64,000 bases of DNA, taken from positions 118-64,117 of the forward strand of contig DATDGS010000068.1 of the NCBI GenBank assembly GCA_036521955.1, read 5' to 3'. The DNA is from Terriglobales bacterium. GTDB lineage: Bacteria > Acidobacteriota > Terriglobia > Terriglobales > Acidobacteriaceae. The position numbers and the translations under genes are program-made. Within the stretch, counting starts at the first letter, position 1. Each line of letters starts with the position of its first letter. The notes under the pieces were generated by a model. The model saw nothing but the letters and a program-made list of their open reading frames with translations. It had not been told where the DNA came from and ran no database searches. Below, one piece after another: positions 1 through 9,400 of this stretch.

Positions 1-39
1 GGACATATCATGTGCTACCGACAGCGCGAGTACACGAGC

Positions 40-68
40 TTGACAACCCCGGACTTTGGCGTTATTCT
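40..68 (+). promoter_or_regulatory. candidate sigma70-like promoter TTGACA-N17-TATTCT
   Basis: TTGACA at 40-45, 17-nt spacer, TATTCT at 63-68, about 65 nt upstream of the ATG at 135. Motif match only. Confidence 0.3.
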
Positions 69-134
69 GCCCGCCTTCCCTAGTTGTTCTCATTTTTCAG
101 TTAGTGCGGTCGGGCTCCGGTCGAGTTCAACGCA

Positions 135-515
135 ATGCATCCTCTATCGGTAATGGCGCGCTGGGAAGGCCTTATCCTACTGAGTGGCTTCTTCGGCCTT
201 GTCGTCTGGAAGCTGCTGACCGGCGGCATCAGCCTCGATCAATTGCTCGAAGGCGACATCGGAACGGCGAACGGTGCGGGCGGTTCCGATCCCGGCACTT
301 ACGTCAGCATCGGCCGCGCGCAGTCTCTGGCAATCACCGCTTTCGCCGCTCTGTATTACCTGCTGCAGGTCTTGCAGAACCCCACGCAGTTTCCTCAACT
401 TCCCGCCAGCTTGATAAATCTACTCATGGGGAGCCAGGCGGTTTATCTGGCTGGCAAAGCCCAGGCCATGCTGGGTCCGCGGATCAAGAGTTTCTTACAA
501 AGGAGAATGCCATGA
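135..515 (+). CDS. hypothetical small membrane protein (paralog 1 of a tandem pair)
   Basis: 126-aa ORF with hydrophobic helices (GLILLSGFFGLVVWKLL, SLAITAFAALYYLL). Its stop overlaps the next start (ATGA at 512-515). Colinear similarity to the next ORF. Confidence 0.6.
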   Translation: MHPLSVMARWEGLILLSGFFGLVVWKLLTGGISLDQLLEGDIGTANGAGGSDPGTYVSIGRAQSLAITAFAALYYLLQVLQNPTQFPQLPASLINLLMGSQAVYLAGKAQAMLGPRIKSFLQRRMP

Positions 516-958
516 AGAATCCTGAATTTGTTGCCAGCGTGGTTTTAGCCATTATCGCCGCACTGGTGATTGCGATCTGGGTACCTGGCGATGGAGCCAT
601 CAAAGTGAGGCTGGCGATTTCCTACACTGGACTGATCATGCTCTTCCTCTTCGGATTCCTCATCCTGGCGGGAATTGCTTCCGGGAAGATTGACATCAGT
701 CAACTTCTCGCGGAGAAGGAAAGTGGCGGAGCCAGTATGTCGCGCTTCCAGTTGATGATCTTTACCTTTGTGATCGCATTGAGCTTGTTTCTTATTGTGG
801 TTAGTAAGGGAGATTTTCCGACACAAATACCGAATCAGGTCCTGGAGATACTCGGCATCAGCGCGACCACTTATGGCGTGAGTAAGGGTATTCAAGCCAC
901 CTCAAACGACAAGGTCGCGTCGCCTCAGACCACGCCGCCTGTGGTGCCGCCGAAATAG
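512..958 (+). CDS. hypothetical small membrane protein (paralog 2 of a tandem pair)
   Basis: ATG at 512 preceded by AGGAGA (501-506). 148 aa with three hydrophobic helices and a Pro-rich tail. Track ORF 56-958 is an upstream over-extension of the same frame. Confidence 0.65.
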   Translation: MKNPEFVASVVLAIIAALVIAIWVPGDGAIKVRLAISYTGLIMLFLFGFLILAGIASGKIDISQLLAEKESGGASMSRFQLMIFTFVIALSLFLIVVSKGDFPTQIPNQVLEILGISATTYGVSKGIQATSNDKVASPQTTPPVVPPK

Positions 959-1033
959 CCGCAATCTTGATTTTGACGCGGAGCGGCCCACGAGCACCGA
1001 CTTTGCGCATGATCAATTCACAAGGAGGAGGAA

Positions 1034-2035
1034 ATGGCGCTCGACACTTCCAGTTCGGGTAATTCGCCGACTTCCAAGGCGTTCGCCCGGCACGTGGCCC
1101 CCTTCGCGCCTCTCGCTTTGGCGCTGGCCATGAATGCAGTGCCTCCATCTACGAGCGCACCGGGGAACCTCGCAACGGAACCGACCGGCACGGGTATAAC
1201 GGCAGTCAAGTGCGGCGAGGTCACGGATTCTCAGGACTGCCACAGCCGCTATCCCACCGGATGCAGCAGCTCGGGCGGGTCGTACGACGCTTACTTAAAC
1301 TATTGGAAGAATCAACTGATTGATCCGACCACGGCGTCGACCCCGGGCAAATACTTCACCCAGCTGGCCGACTATCAGAAACTCGACGCCAGCATTCCTT
1401 CGGGACTGAACCAGGATAATCAAGACGACTTTCAGGATCAACTGAAGCAATTAGGTGAAGGTCAACAGTACGGCATCATTGGATATTTGTATTACTCTGA
1501 GCATACCAGCGCTGAAACGAGTAATTGCGACCTGACTGGTCCGCCGGGCGATCCTAACTACGGCAACGTTGACTATCACATCGGCATTGGTTTCGATCCG
1601 GCGGTCGCGCAGCAGTTGCGGTCTGGCACGGCAGCTACGCCCGCCGCAACATCAGCTACCATGGCGGCCTCCGGAAAGCGGACCACCAAGAGACCGACGA
1701 GTGCCGGCACGGGTGCCAGCGTGTTGGAGCAGAGCAGTGTGATCGTCGAGATGACCCCCCATGATCGCTTTCAGTACGAAAACAACATCTGGACGCTGAA
1801 GAACTTGCAGCTTGCGACCGGCCGGCAAGTAAGAGTTGTGGGACAGCTGATGGTCGACAACGAACACAATCTTACCTCTCAAAACTGTGCCATCGCGCAG
1901 ACCGCCGCAGACAAGAAAACTTGCTGGCGGGCGTCGGTGTGGGAGTTGCATCCCGTGGTGCTGTTCCAGGTGTGTCCGAGTGATTCCTGCGCGCTCGATT
2001 CAACGGATTGGGTGGACTTAGATCAACTGCAGTAG
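1034..2035 (+). CDS. hypothetical, probably exported, Cys-containing protein
   Basis: ATG preceded by AAGGAGGAGG. Hydrophobic stretch APFAPLALALAM near the N-terminus; 8 Cys. No family recognised. Confidence 0.65.
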   Translation: MALDTSSSGNSPTSKAFARHVAPFAPLALALAMNAVPPSTSAPGNLATEPTGTGITAVKCGEVTDSQDCHSRYPTGCSSSGGSYDAYLNYWKNQLIDPTTASTPGKYFTQLADYQKLDASIPSGLNQDNQDDFQDQLKQLGEGQQYGIIGYLYYSEHTSAETSNCDLTGPPGDPNYGNVDYHIGIGFDPAVAQQLRSGTAATPAATSATMAASGKRTTKRPTSAGTGASVLEQSSVIVEMTPHDRFQYENNIWTLKNLQLATGRQVRVVGQLMVDNEHNLTSQNCAIAQTAADKKTCWRASVWELHPVVLFQVCPSDSCALDSTDWVDLDQLQ

Positions 2036-2049
2036 CACCAAGGAGGTTT

Positions 2050-3279
2050 ATGCCGCCAGGACTGGACAATCTTAGACATATCGTTGTTCTTATGATGGAG
2101 AACCGGTCGTTCGATCATATGCTGGGATCTCTTACGGCAGTGGATCCGCGGATCGACGGCGTCACCGACCAACTTAGCAATCCCGATACAACCGGTGCTT
2201 TGGTCAAGCCGCAGCCGCTGGCGCAGTTTCAGGGACAGCTTGACCCCGATCCTGACCACCATTTTCCGGCGGTCGACCTGCAAATCTTCGGCGGAGATAC
2301 AAGCCCCACCCGCGTGGCGAATATGCAGGGCTTCGTGAAGAGTTACTTCAACCAGCAGCAAGACGTAGGGCATTCGCAGAAGATCATGTATTACTTCACT
2401 GAGCAGCAGTTACCCGTGCTGACGACATTGGCGCTGGAGTTTGCAGTATTCAACCGGTGGTTCGCGTCGATTCCGGGACCGACAATTTGTAATCGCGCGT
2501 TTGCGCATTATGGCACGTCGTTCGGCAGAGTCGACATGAATCTTCTGTATCTAAACGAGCCGTTCAAAAGCATTTACGACCGGCTGATCAACGCAAATCC
2601 CAAACACACGGCGAAGCTTTATTACTACGACACCACCAGCTCGACCATGGAGATCACGAACCTGCTTGAGACCCAGTCGGAGCTGTTCGGCACGTATCCA
2701 CAATTCCTGACTGACTGCAGCACGGGCAATCTTCCGGATTATTCTTTTATCGAGCCAAACTTTAACGATCACGACAGCGATAGCGGCGAAGAAGTGGCCA
2801 GCGATCAGCATCCCGACCACAACATCCAGGCGGGGGAGTTGTTCATTGCCTCGGTGTACAAAGCAATCAAGGCATCGCCACTGTGGCCGAACACAGCGCT
2901 GCTGGTTGTTTATGACGAGCACGGAGGCATCTACGACCATGTCGTGCCACCGGCGTGCACTCCGGACCAATTTACGGCCTCGGCGAATGACACCGGAACG
3001 GGGCAGCCGTTTGCGTTTGATCGGCTAGGAGTACGGGTGCCGGCGATTTTGATTTCGCCGTGGATTCCGAAGGGGACGGTCGTGGACGGCCGCGTCTTCG
3101 ACCACGCTTCGATTCCGGCGACGATCACGAAGTTTTTTCTGGGCGACTACTGGCCGCGCTCTCCGAGAGAGACGAGCGCCGACGTTTTCATCGAGCCGAA
3201 CGTGGCGCCGGTCGATCCGACGCGCAACTTGCTCTCGCTCGCAGGTATGCGCGACGACTGCCCGGACTTTGACGTTTAG
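2050..3279 (+). CDS. phosphoesterase-family protein (phospholipase C / acid phosphatase type)
   Basis: Motifs VVLMMENRSFDHMLG, YDEHGGIYDHV and LGVRVPAILISPW. ATG at 2050 preceded by AAGGAGG, 14 nt after the previous stop. No signal peptide visible; about 410 aa, shorter than classical secreted PLCs. Confidence 0.8.
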   Translation: MPPGLDNLRHIVVLMMENRSFDHMLGSLTAVDPRIDGVTDQLSNPDTTGALVKPQPLAQFQGQLDPDPDHHFPAVDLQIFGGDTSPTRVANMQGFVKSYFNQQQDVGHSQKIMYYFTEQQLPVLTTLALEFAVFNRWFASIPGPTICNRAFAHYGTSFGRVDMNLLYLNEPFKSIYDRLINANPKHTAKLYYYDTTSSTMEITNLLETQSELFGTYPQFLTDCSTGNLPDYSFIEPNFNDHDSDSGEEVASDQHPDHNIQAGELFIASVYKAIKASPLWPNTALLVVYDEHGGIYDHVVPPACTPDQFTASANDTGTGQPFAFDRLGVRVPAILISPWIPKGTVVDGRVFDHASIPATITKFFLGDYWPRSPRETSADVFIEPNVAPVDPTRNLLSLAGMRDDCPDFDV

Positions 3280-3367
3280 GTTTGACGTTCAGGACTGTCG
3301 CGGCCGTCGCGCCGCGCTGTGCTGAAGACATGACGAATGAAGAAGCGATAACCGACGGAGTGAAAAG

Positions 3368-3715
3368 ATGACTCTCATCCATGTACCAAGGCCGGATGTG
3401 AAGAGCGTGATGAATCCAAATCGGCCGGTGAACGCGCTGCTGAAGGCGCAGGTGCAGCATTTGCACGCCGCCGAAAGAAATCTTCCTGTCCGGCGCCGAA
3501 CTGACATTTACGTCAATGCGATCAAGACCGAAGGCGAAGCCGCGGAGTATATCCGCCGGGTCACGGAGGCAATCCACGAGGCGCACGAGGCCGCGGCAGC
3601 AAAGCGCGGGCGCGGGATCGCAATCGCCGCCGCCGCCGAAGGGTCAGGAGACAAGGCGCCCAGCGCGAGCAGGGGAAAAAAGATGAGCAAAGGGAAGCGT
3701 GCGCGGAAGACTTAG
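3368..3715 (+). CDS. hypothetical basic Ala/Lys-rich protein
   Basis: 115-aa ORF, GGAGTG upstream of the ATG, Lys/Arg-rich C-terminus. No recognisable family. Confidence 0.45.
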   Translation: MTLIHVPRPDVKSVMNPNRPVNALLKAQVQHLHAAERNLPVRRRTDIYVNAIKTEGEAAEYIRRVTEAIHEAHEAAAAKRGRGIAIAAAAEGSGDKAPSASRGKKMSKGKRARKT

Positions 3716-3743
3716 TCCGTCGGAGTTTTTTGCAGGAGGCAGT

Positions 3744-5174
3744 ATGCGTCGGAGTGCTGTGGTTCTACTGTGGCTTGCATCCACGATGGCGTTGGCTCAG
3801 GAGGGCATGCTGCAGGCGGACTTCCGCCGAGAGGGCGAACGCGTTGCCGACGCTTGCCGGGGTTTCAGCTTCAAGACCGTGCCCGGATGCGCCATCGAGC
3901 TATTCACCGACCATCCACTGCACATCGCAGCGGGGAGCATGCCGCCGCAGAACGGCTTCGGTGTTGGCGGAGCGTTCGTCGCCGACAAGAGCACGAAGAA
4001 TTGGCGCTTAACTTGGGACGTGGATGCAGTCGGGTCGTCGAACGCCTCGTGGCGAGCGGGCGGTTACATGAAGATGATCCACACGCCGCCTGTGGAGATA
4101 CACGTCATCACGCCGGTAGTTCCGCAACCTGGGGAAAAGACCGAAACGAAGCCTGCCAAGAAGCCGGGCATCAATCTGGTCCATCCCTACACGGTCGTTA
4201 ACCTTTACGCGCAGTCGATTTCTCTGAACAAGATAAATTTTTACGGGCTCGGCAACGATTCGACGCAGGCCGGGGCCTCTGTGTTTGGCATGACCCAGAC
4301 GATCGTTGGAGGCAGCGTCATTAAACCGGTTTTTGAATGGCCGGCGCTCAGCAAACTGAATCTGGCGCTGCTCGGCGAGGTAAACGGGCGCTTTGTCAAC
4401 ATAAGAGGCGAATACGGACAGTCCTTCCCATCGATTGAAACTCTCTATACCAATGCGACCGCTCCCGGCTTGAGCAGCCAGCCCGGATTCGTCCAGCTGA
4501 GCGAGGGCTTTCGCATCAAGCCAGTGTTCGGGGACCACCTTCAACTGAATTACCTGGCAAACTTTCAGCAGTTCTTTGCGCCGTCGAGTTCGCAGTATTC
4601 CTTTCGCCGCTGGACGACCGACCTGAACCACACGTTCTATCTGTACGGCTACACAGAATCCGCCCCCAAGAGCACCGACACGAACGGCCCCGACCGATGC
4701 GCACCCGCCAACGAAGCTTGTGCGCCGGTTTCGCACTCGCGAAACTTAAACGGCTCGATCAACCTGCGCCTGCTGATTTCTGAATCGATCGCGTCGGGAA
4801 CCAGCGTGGTGCCGTTCTATTTCCAGCAGACGTTGGGCGGTGCGGACATTGACGGTGCCCCTTCTCTGAGCAGCTATCAGGACTATCGCTTTCGCGCGCC
4901 GAACGTCCTGTTGCTGCAGGAAGACTTCGAGCATTCGATCTGGGGACCGTTTGGTTTTCGCTTCATGACGGATCAGGGCAGGGTAGCGCTCACTCGAGGA
5001 GACATCGGATTCGATCATCTGAAACACAGCTTTGCCACTGGGCTTACTCTTCGAGCCGGTGGTTTTCCCATGGTCTACATCATGTTCGCGTGGGGCGGGA
5101 ATGAAGGGAACCACACGATCTTCAATATGAATTCTTCGCTGCTTGGCGGGTCAGCTCGCCCTTCTCTGTACTAA
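3744..5174 (+). CDS. putative outer-membrane beta-barrel protein
   Basis: ATG at 3744 after AGGAGG. Signal peptide MRRSAVVLLWLASTMALAQE, beta-strand-like alternating pattern, aromatic C-terminal residue (..RPSLY). Confidence 0.6.
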   Translation: MRRSAVVLLWLASTMALAQEGMLQADFRREGERVADACRGFSFKTVPGCAIELFTDHPLHIAAGSMPPQNGFGVGGAFVADKSTKNWRLTWDVDAVGSSNASWRAGGYMKMIHTPPVEIHVITPVVPQPGEKTETKPAKKPGINLVHPYTVVNLYAQSISLNKINFYGLGNDSTQAGASVFGMTQTIVGGSVIKPVFEWPALSKLNLALLGEVNGRFVNIRGEYGQSFPSIETLYTNATAPGLSSQPGFVQLSEGFRIKPVFGDHLQLNYLANFQQFFAPSSSQYSFRRWTTDLNHTFYLYGYTESAPKSTDTNGPDRCAPANEACAPVSHSRNLNGSINLRLLISESIASGTSVVPFYFQQTLGGADIDGAPSLSSYQDYRFRAPNVLLLQEDFEHSIWGPFGFRFMTDQGRVALTRGDIGFDHLKHSFATGLTLRAGGFPMVYIMFAWGGNEGNHTIFNMNSSLLGGSARPSLY

Positions 5175-5255
5175 CGCCGGGGTCGGGAGAAATTTCCTTT
5201 GATCAGCGGCAGCTTTGTTGAAGTAGGAGAGTAACATTCCGACGGCGAGACATCA

Positions 5256-6167
5256 CTATTGAAGCGGAACCTGCTTGGTTTTCGTTGACGCGGCCCATTG
5301 GCGCAAGATATCGACAAACGCAGTGGTGGCGCAGGAAAGTGTCCGGTCGCGGCGGTAGGCCAGTCCCAACTCGCGAAAAAGTTCCGCATCCTCCAGTTCA
5401 ATCAGTTTGACTCTCCCGGACGCCACTTCGTCGCGCGCGAACGACGCGCTGATGATGGACACTCCCAGGTCGGCTGCCACAAAGCTCTTGATCATGCCGA
5501 TGCTCGGTAGTTCCATTCGAACCTGCAGCTCGTCGCGGTGTGGACGGAACAGCTTGTCCATGATCCTTCGCGTGTGGCCTGTCTTGGGCAGCAGCACGGG
5601 ATGTTTGACGATATCTCGCACCGCCGCCGTTTTGTGCTTGGCCAGTGGATTCTTGGGGCTCACCATCAGCATCAGCTTGTCGCGGAAGATAGGTTGGATC
5701 TCGAGACTCGGAGACTGGATGGGCAGAGTGAGAATGCCCACTTCGATGGAGCCGTTCTCCAGCTTCTCTGTGATCTTGTAGCTGAAGTTCCGGTAAATGT
5801 TGATCTGAACCGGCGGGTAACGCCGGCAGTATTCCGCAAACACCTCCGGCAGAACGTACAGGCAGGTAGCCTCGTTGGCGCCGACACGCAGGGTGCCACG
5901 GGGCGTGCGGCTATGGTCCGCTACCGCCATCAGCGATTCCTCGCGCAGCAGTTTCAGCCGCGCGGCATAGTCAAAGAGGACTTGTCCAGCCGGGGTCAGC
6001 TGTACGGTCTTGCCCGAGCGATCGAGCAGCCGATCGCCATATTCCTGCTCCAACTGGCGGATTTGGGCGCTGACGGCTGACTGCGAGCGGAAAACTTTCT
6101 CGCCAGCGCGAGAAAAGCTGCCTTGTTTGGCGACTTCCAGAAACGTGATGAGCTGATCGAAATCCAT
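5256..6167 (-). CDS. LysR-family transcriptional regulator, divergent from gltB
   Basis: N-terminal HTH MDFDQLITFLEVAKQGSFSRAGEKVFRSQSAVSAQIRQLE. About 300 aa, a typical LysR length. Confidence 0.9.
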   Translation of the reverse strand: MDFDQLITFLEVAKQGSFSRAGEKVFRSQSAVSAQIRQLEQEYGDRLLDRSGKTVQLTPAGQVLFDYAARLKLLREESLMAVADHSRTPRGTLRVGANEATCLYVLPEVFAEYCRRYPPVQINIYRNFSYKITEKLENGSIEVGILTLPIQSPSLEIQPIFRDKLMLMVSPKNPLAKHKTAAVRDIVKHPVLLPKTGHTRRIMDKLFRPHRDELQVRMELPSIGMIKSFVAADLGVSIISASFARDEVASGRVKLIELEDAELFRELGLAYRRDRTLSCATTAFVDILRQWAASTKTKQVPLQ

Positions 6168-6443
6168 TGAGTTTGATGCCGGGAATTATAACGGACGCCG
6201 CCGGTCTCGCGGGAAATTAGGCTGAACCTGCCCGTGGAGCCGCAAAACCCCAAAAATTGCATCCGCTGTATCTAAATTCTGAGTTGTACTTTCCGGCCAA
6301 TTGAAGGTAACTAGGTGGTTGCCATTGTGTGTTCCTGAGCCGATGTGTGCAACAGCCCGGTCGCCCTTGGCGGGCGAAGTCCCAACTCAAGAACAACTGA
6401 TTCGGTAGCGGCGAATTACGCCAATGCTGCAAACGTGCCAATA

Positions 6444-9400
6444 ATGACGACGCGTCTGAAAAAACCGGCTGGCCAGAAAACGACTGGCCCACCGCCCGCC
6501 CAGGGTCTCTACCATCCCGCGCAGGAGCACGACGCCTGCGGCATTGGATTCGTGGCCAACGTCCGCGGCCAGAAGAGTCACCAAATCATAAGCCAGGCAA
6601 TCAAGGTGTTGCTCAACCTGACACACCGCGGCGCCTGCGGGTGCGACTCCGAAACCGGTGACGGCGCCGGCATTCTTCTCCAGATCCCGCACCAGTTTTT
6701 TGTGCGGGAGTGCGGCAAGTTGGGTTTCGAATTGCCTGTGCCCGGCGCGTACGGCGTGGGCATGACATTCCTGCCCGTGGAAAAACATGAGCGCCTGCAA
6801 TGCGAAGGAATTCTGGAGCGTATTATTCGCGAGGAGGGCCTGACGGTATTAGGTTGGCGCGATACGCCCTGCTTCGCTTCTGCCATTGGCCGCGTGGCGC
6901 GAGGTTCGCAACCTTACATCCAGCAGATTTTTGTGGGCTGTGGAGCGTTCACCGACGAAGACGCCTTTGAGCGGAAGCTCTATGTAGTGCGCAAGCGCGC
7001 CGAGAGTGAGATGGCGGCATCCGGCATCGAGGATGCAAATGTGTTCCATATCCCCTCGCTTTCCTGTCGCACCATTGTTTATAAAGGTCTGCTGCTCGCC
7101 CCGCAGATTACCAATTTCTATAAGGAGCTTTCCGATCCCGACGTGACCAGCGCGTTGTGCCTGGTACACCAGCGTTTCTCCACCAACACATTTCCGAGCT
7201 GGCAGCGAGCGCATCCCTATCGCTACATCGCGCACAACGGCGAAATCAACACGCTCAAAGGCAATGTCAACTGGATGCACGCCCGCCAGTCTCTGCTGCA
7301 GTCGCCGCTGTTCGGAGAAGAGATCAAGAAGCTCTTCCCGATCATTGCGCCCGATGGCAGCGACTCCGCAAACTTCGACAACGCCGTCGAACTCCTGTTG
7401 CAGTCGGGGCGCAGCCTGCCGCATGCCATGGCCATGCTGATTCCGGAAGCCTGGGCTGGTAATTCCCACATGGAGCCGGAGAAGCGCGCATTTTACGAAT
7501 ACCACGCGTGCCTCATGGAACCGTGGGATGGGCCGGCGGCCATCGCCTTCACGGACGGCCGAGTCATCGGCGCCATCCTCGACCGCAACGGCTTGCGGCC
7601 CGGGCGCTACGTGGTCACGAATGACGATCTCGTCATCATGGCCTCCGAGGCCGGTGTGCTCGACATCGAACCGGAACAGGTAAAGATGAAAGGCCGCCTG
7701 CAGCCAGGGAAGATGTTCCTGGTGGATACGGTCGAAGGCCGCATCGTCCCCGACAAAGAGATCAAGCAGCGGCTGGCTTCACGACAGCCCTACGCGCAGT
7801 GGCTCAAGGACAATCAGATCACGATCGATCAGTTGCCCGCGCCCTCGCGCATGCACCACCCGGATGCGGAAACTCTGCTTCGCCGCCAGCGCGCCTTCGG
7901 TTACAGCGATGAGGACTTGCGCATGATCCTCGGCCCAATGGCTTCAAAGGGAGAGGAGCCGGTTGGATCCATGGGGACCGACACTCCGCTCGCGTGTCTC
8001 TCCGACCGGCCGCAGTCATTGTTCAACTACTTCAAGCAGCTCTTCGCGCAAGTCACCAATCCGCCCATTGACCCGATTCGCGAAGAGATCGTGATGTCGC
8101 TCATCAGTTACATCGGAGCCGAGCGCAACATTCTTTCGGAAGAGCCGGAAAACTGCCACATGCTGAAGCTGGCTCACCCCCTGCTCACCAACCTCGAACT
8201 CGAGAAACTGCGCCGCGTCTCCACCGGAGATCTCCTGGCCATCACGCTGCCTGCGCTATTCCGAGCCGTCGAAGGAGAAGCGGGACTGAAGCGGGCGCTC
8301 GACGAGTTGTGCCAGCGTGCGTCGCTCGCCGGAAAAGCCGGCTACACGCTGCTGATTCTTTCCGACCGCGGCGTGAACAAAGATTACGCTCCCATCCCCA
8401 GCCTGTTGGCGCTCGCCGCCGTGCATAACCTGCTGGTCCAGGAAGAGACGCGAACCCAGGTCGCCCTGATCACGGAATCGGGTGAACCGCGCGAGGTGAT
8501 GCACTTTGCACTGCTCAGCGGCTATGGGGCGAGCGCCATCAATCCGTATCTGGCATTGGAGTGCGTTGAAAGCCTGGCGCGGGGCGGAGATCTGGCCGAC
8601 GGAGTAACTTCCGAGCTCGCCGTGACACACTTCATTAAATCGGTGAATAAGGGTCTGCTGAAGACCTTCTCCAAGATGGGCATCTCGACCTTACAGAGTT
8701 ACCAGGGAGCGCAGGTCTTCGAGGCCATCGGCCTGAACAAAGAACTGGTCGATTCTTATTTCGCAGGCACGCCCTCGCGGTTGGAAGGCATCGGCCTCGA
8801 AGTCGTCGCCCGCGAAGCGCAGTTAAAACACGAGCACGCATTCCGCCCACTGACCGAGTCCGAGACCGAACTCGCGGTTGGGGGAACTTACCATCAGCGC
8901 GTCAACGGCGAGTATCACCTACTCAATCCGCAGACCATCAGCAAGCTGCAGCAGGCAGTGCGGCAGGAGAGTTTCCAGACCTTCCAGGAATACACCGACC
9001 TGATCGACAACCAAAGCAGCAACATGGCCACGCTGCGAAGTCTGATGAAGTTGAAGAAGAGCGCCAAGCCAGTTCCGATCGAAGAAGTGGAGCCCGCCAA
9101 GGAGATCGTGAAACGCTTCAACACGGGAGCCATGTCATTCGGCTCGATCAGCAAAGAAGCGCACGAGACTCTGGCCATCGCCATGAATCGCATCGGAGGG
9201 AAATCCAATACCGGCGAAGGTGGCGAAGATGAAGAGCGCTTCAAGCCGGATGCGAACGGAGACCTGCGGCGAAGCGCCGTAAAGCAGGTAGCGTCAGCGC
9301 GTTTTGGAGTCACCGCGAACTACCTAGTCAATGCGGATGAGTTGCAGATCAAGATGGCACAAGGCGCAAAGCCCGGTGAAGGCGGCCAACTTCCCGGGCA

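Noticed and set aside
56-511. Upstream extension of the 300-aa ORF 56-958
   Set aside because: It overlaps the 135-515 ORF in another frame and is Arg/Ser-rich. The ATG at 512 has an AGGAGA SD and begins the hydrophobic protein.
6240-6275. Possible sigma54 promoter (TTGCAT) upstream of gltB
   Set aside because: The GG element required 11 nt upstream of TTGC is absent (AAC at that position).
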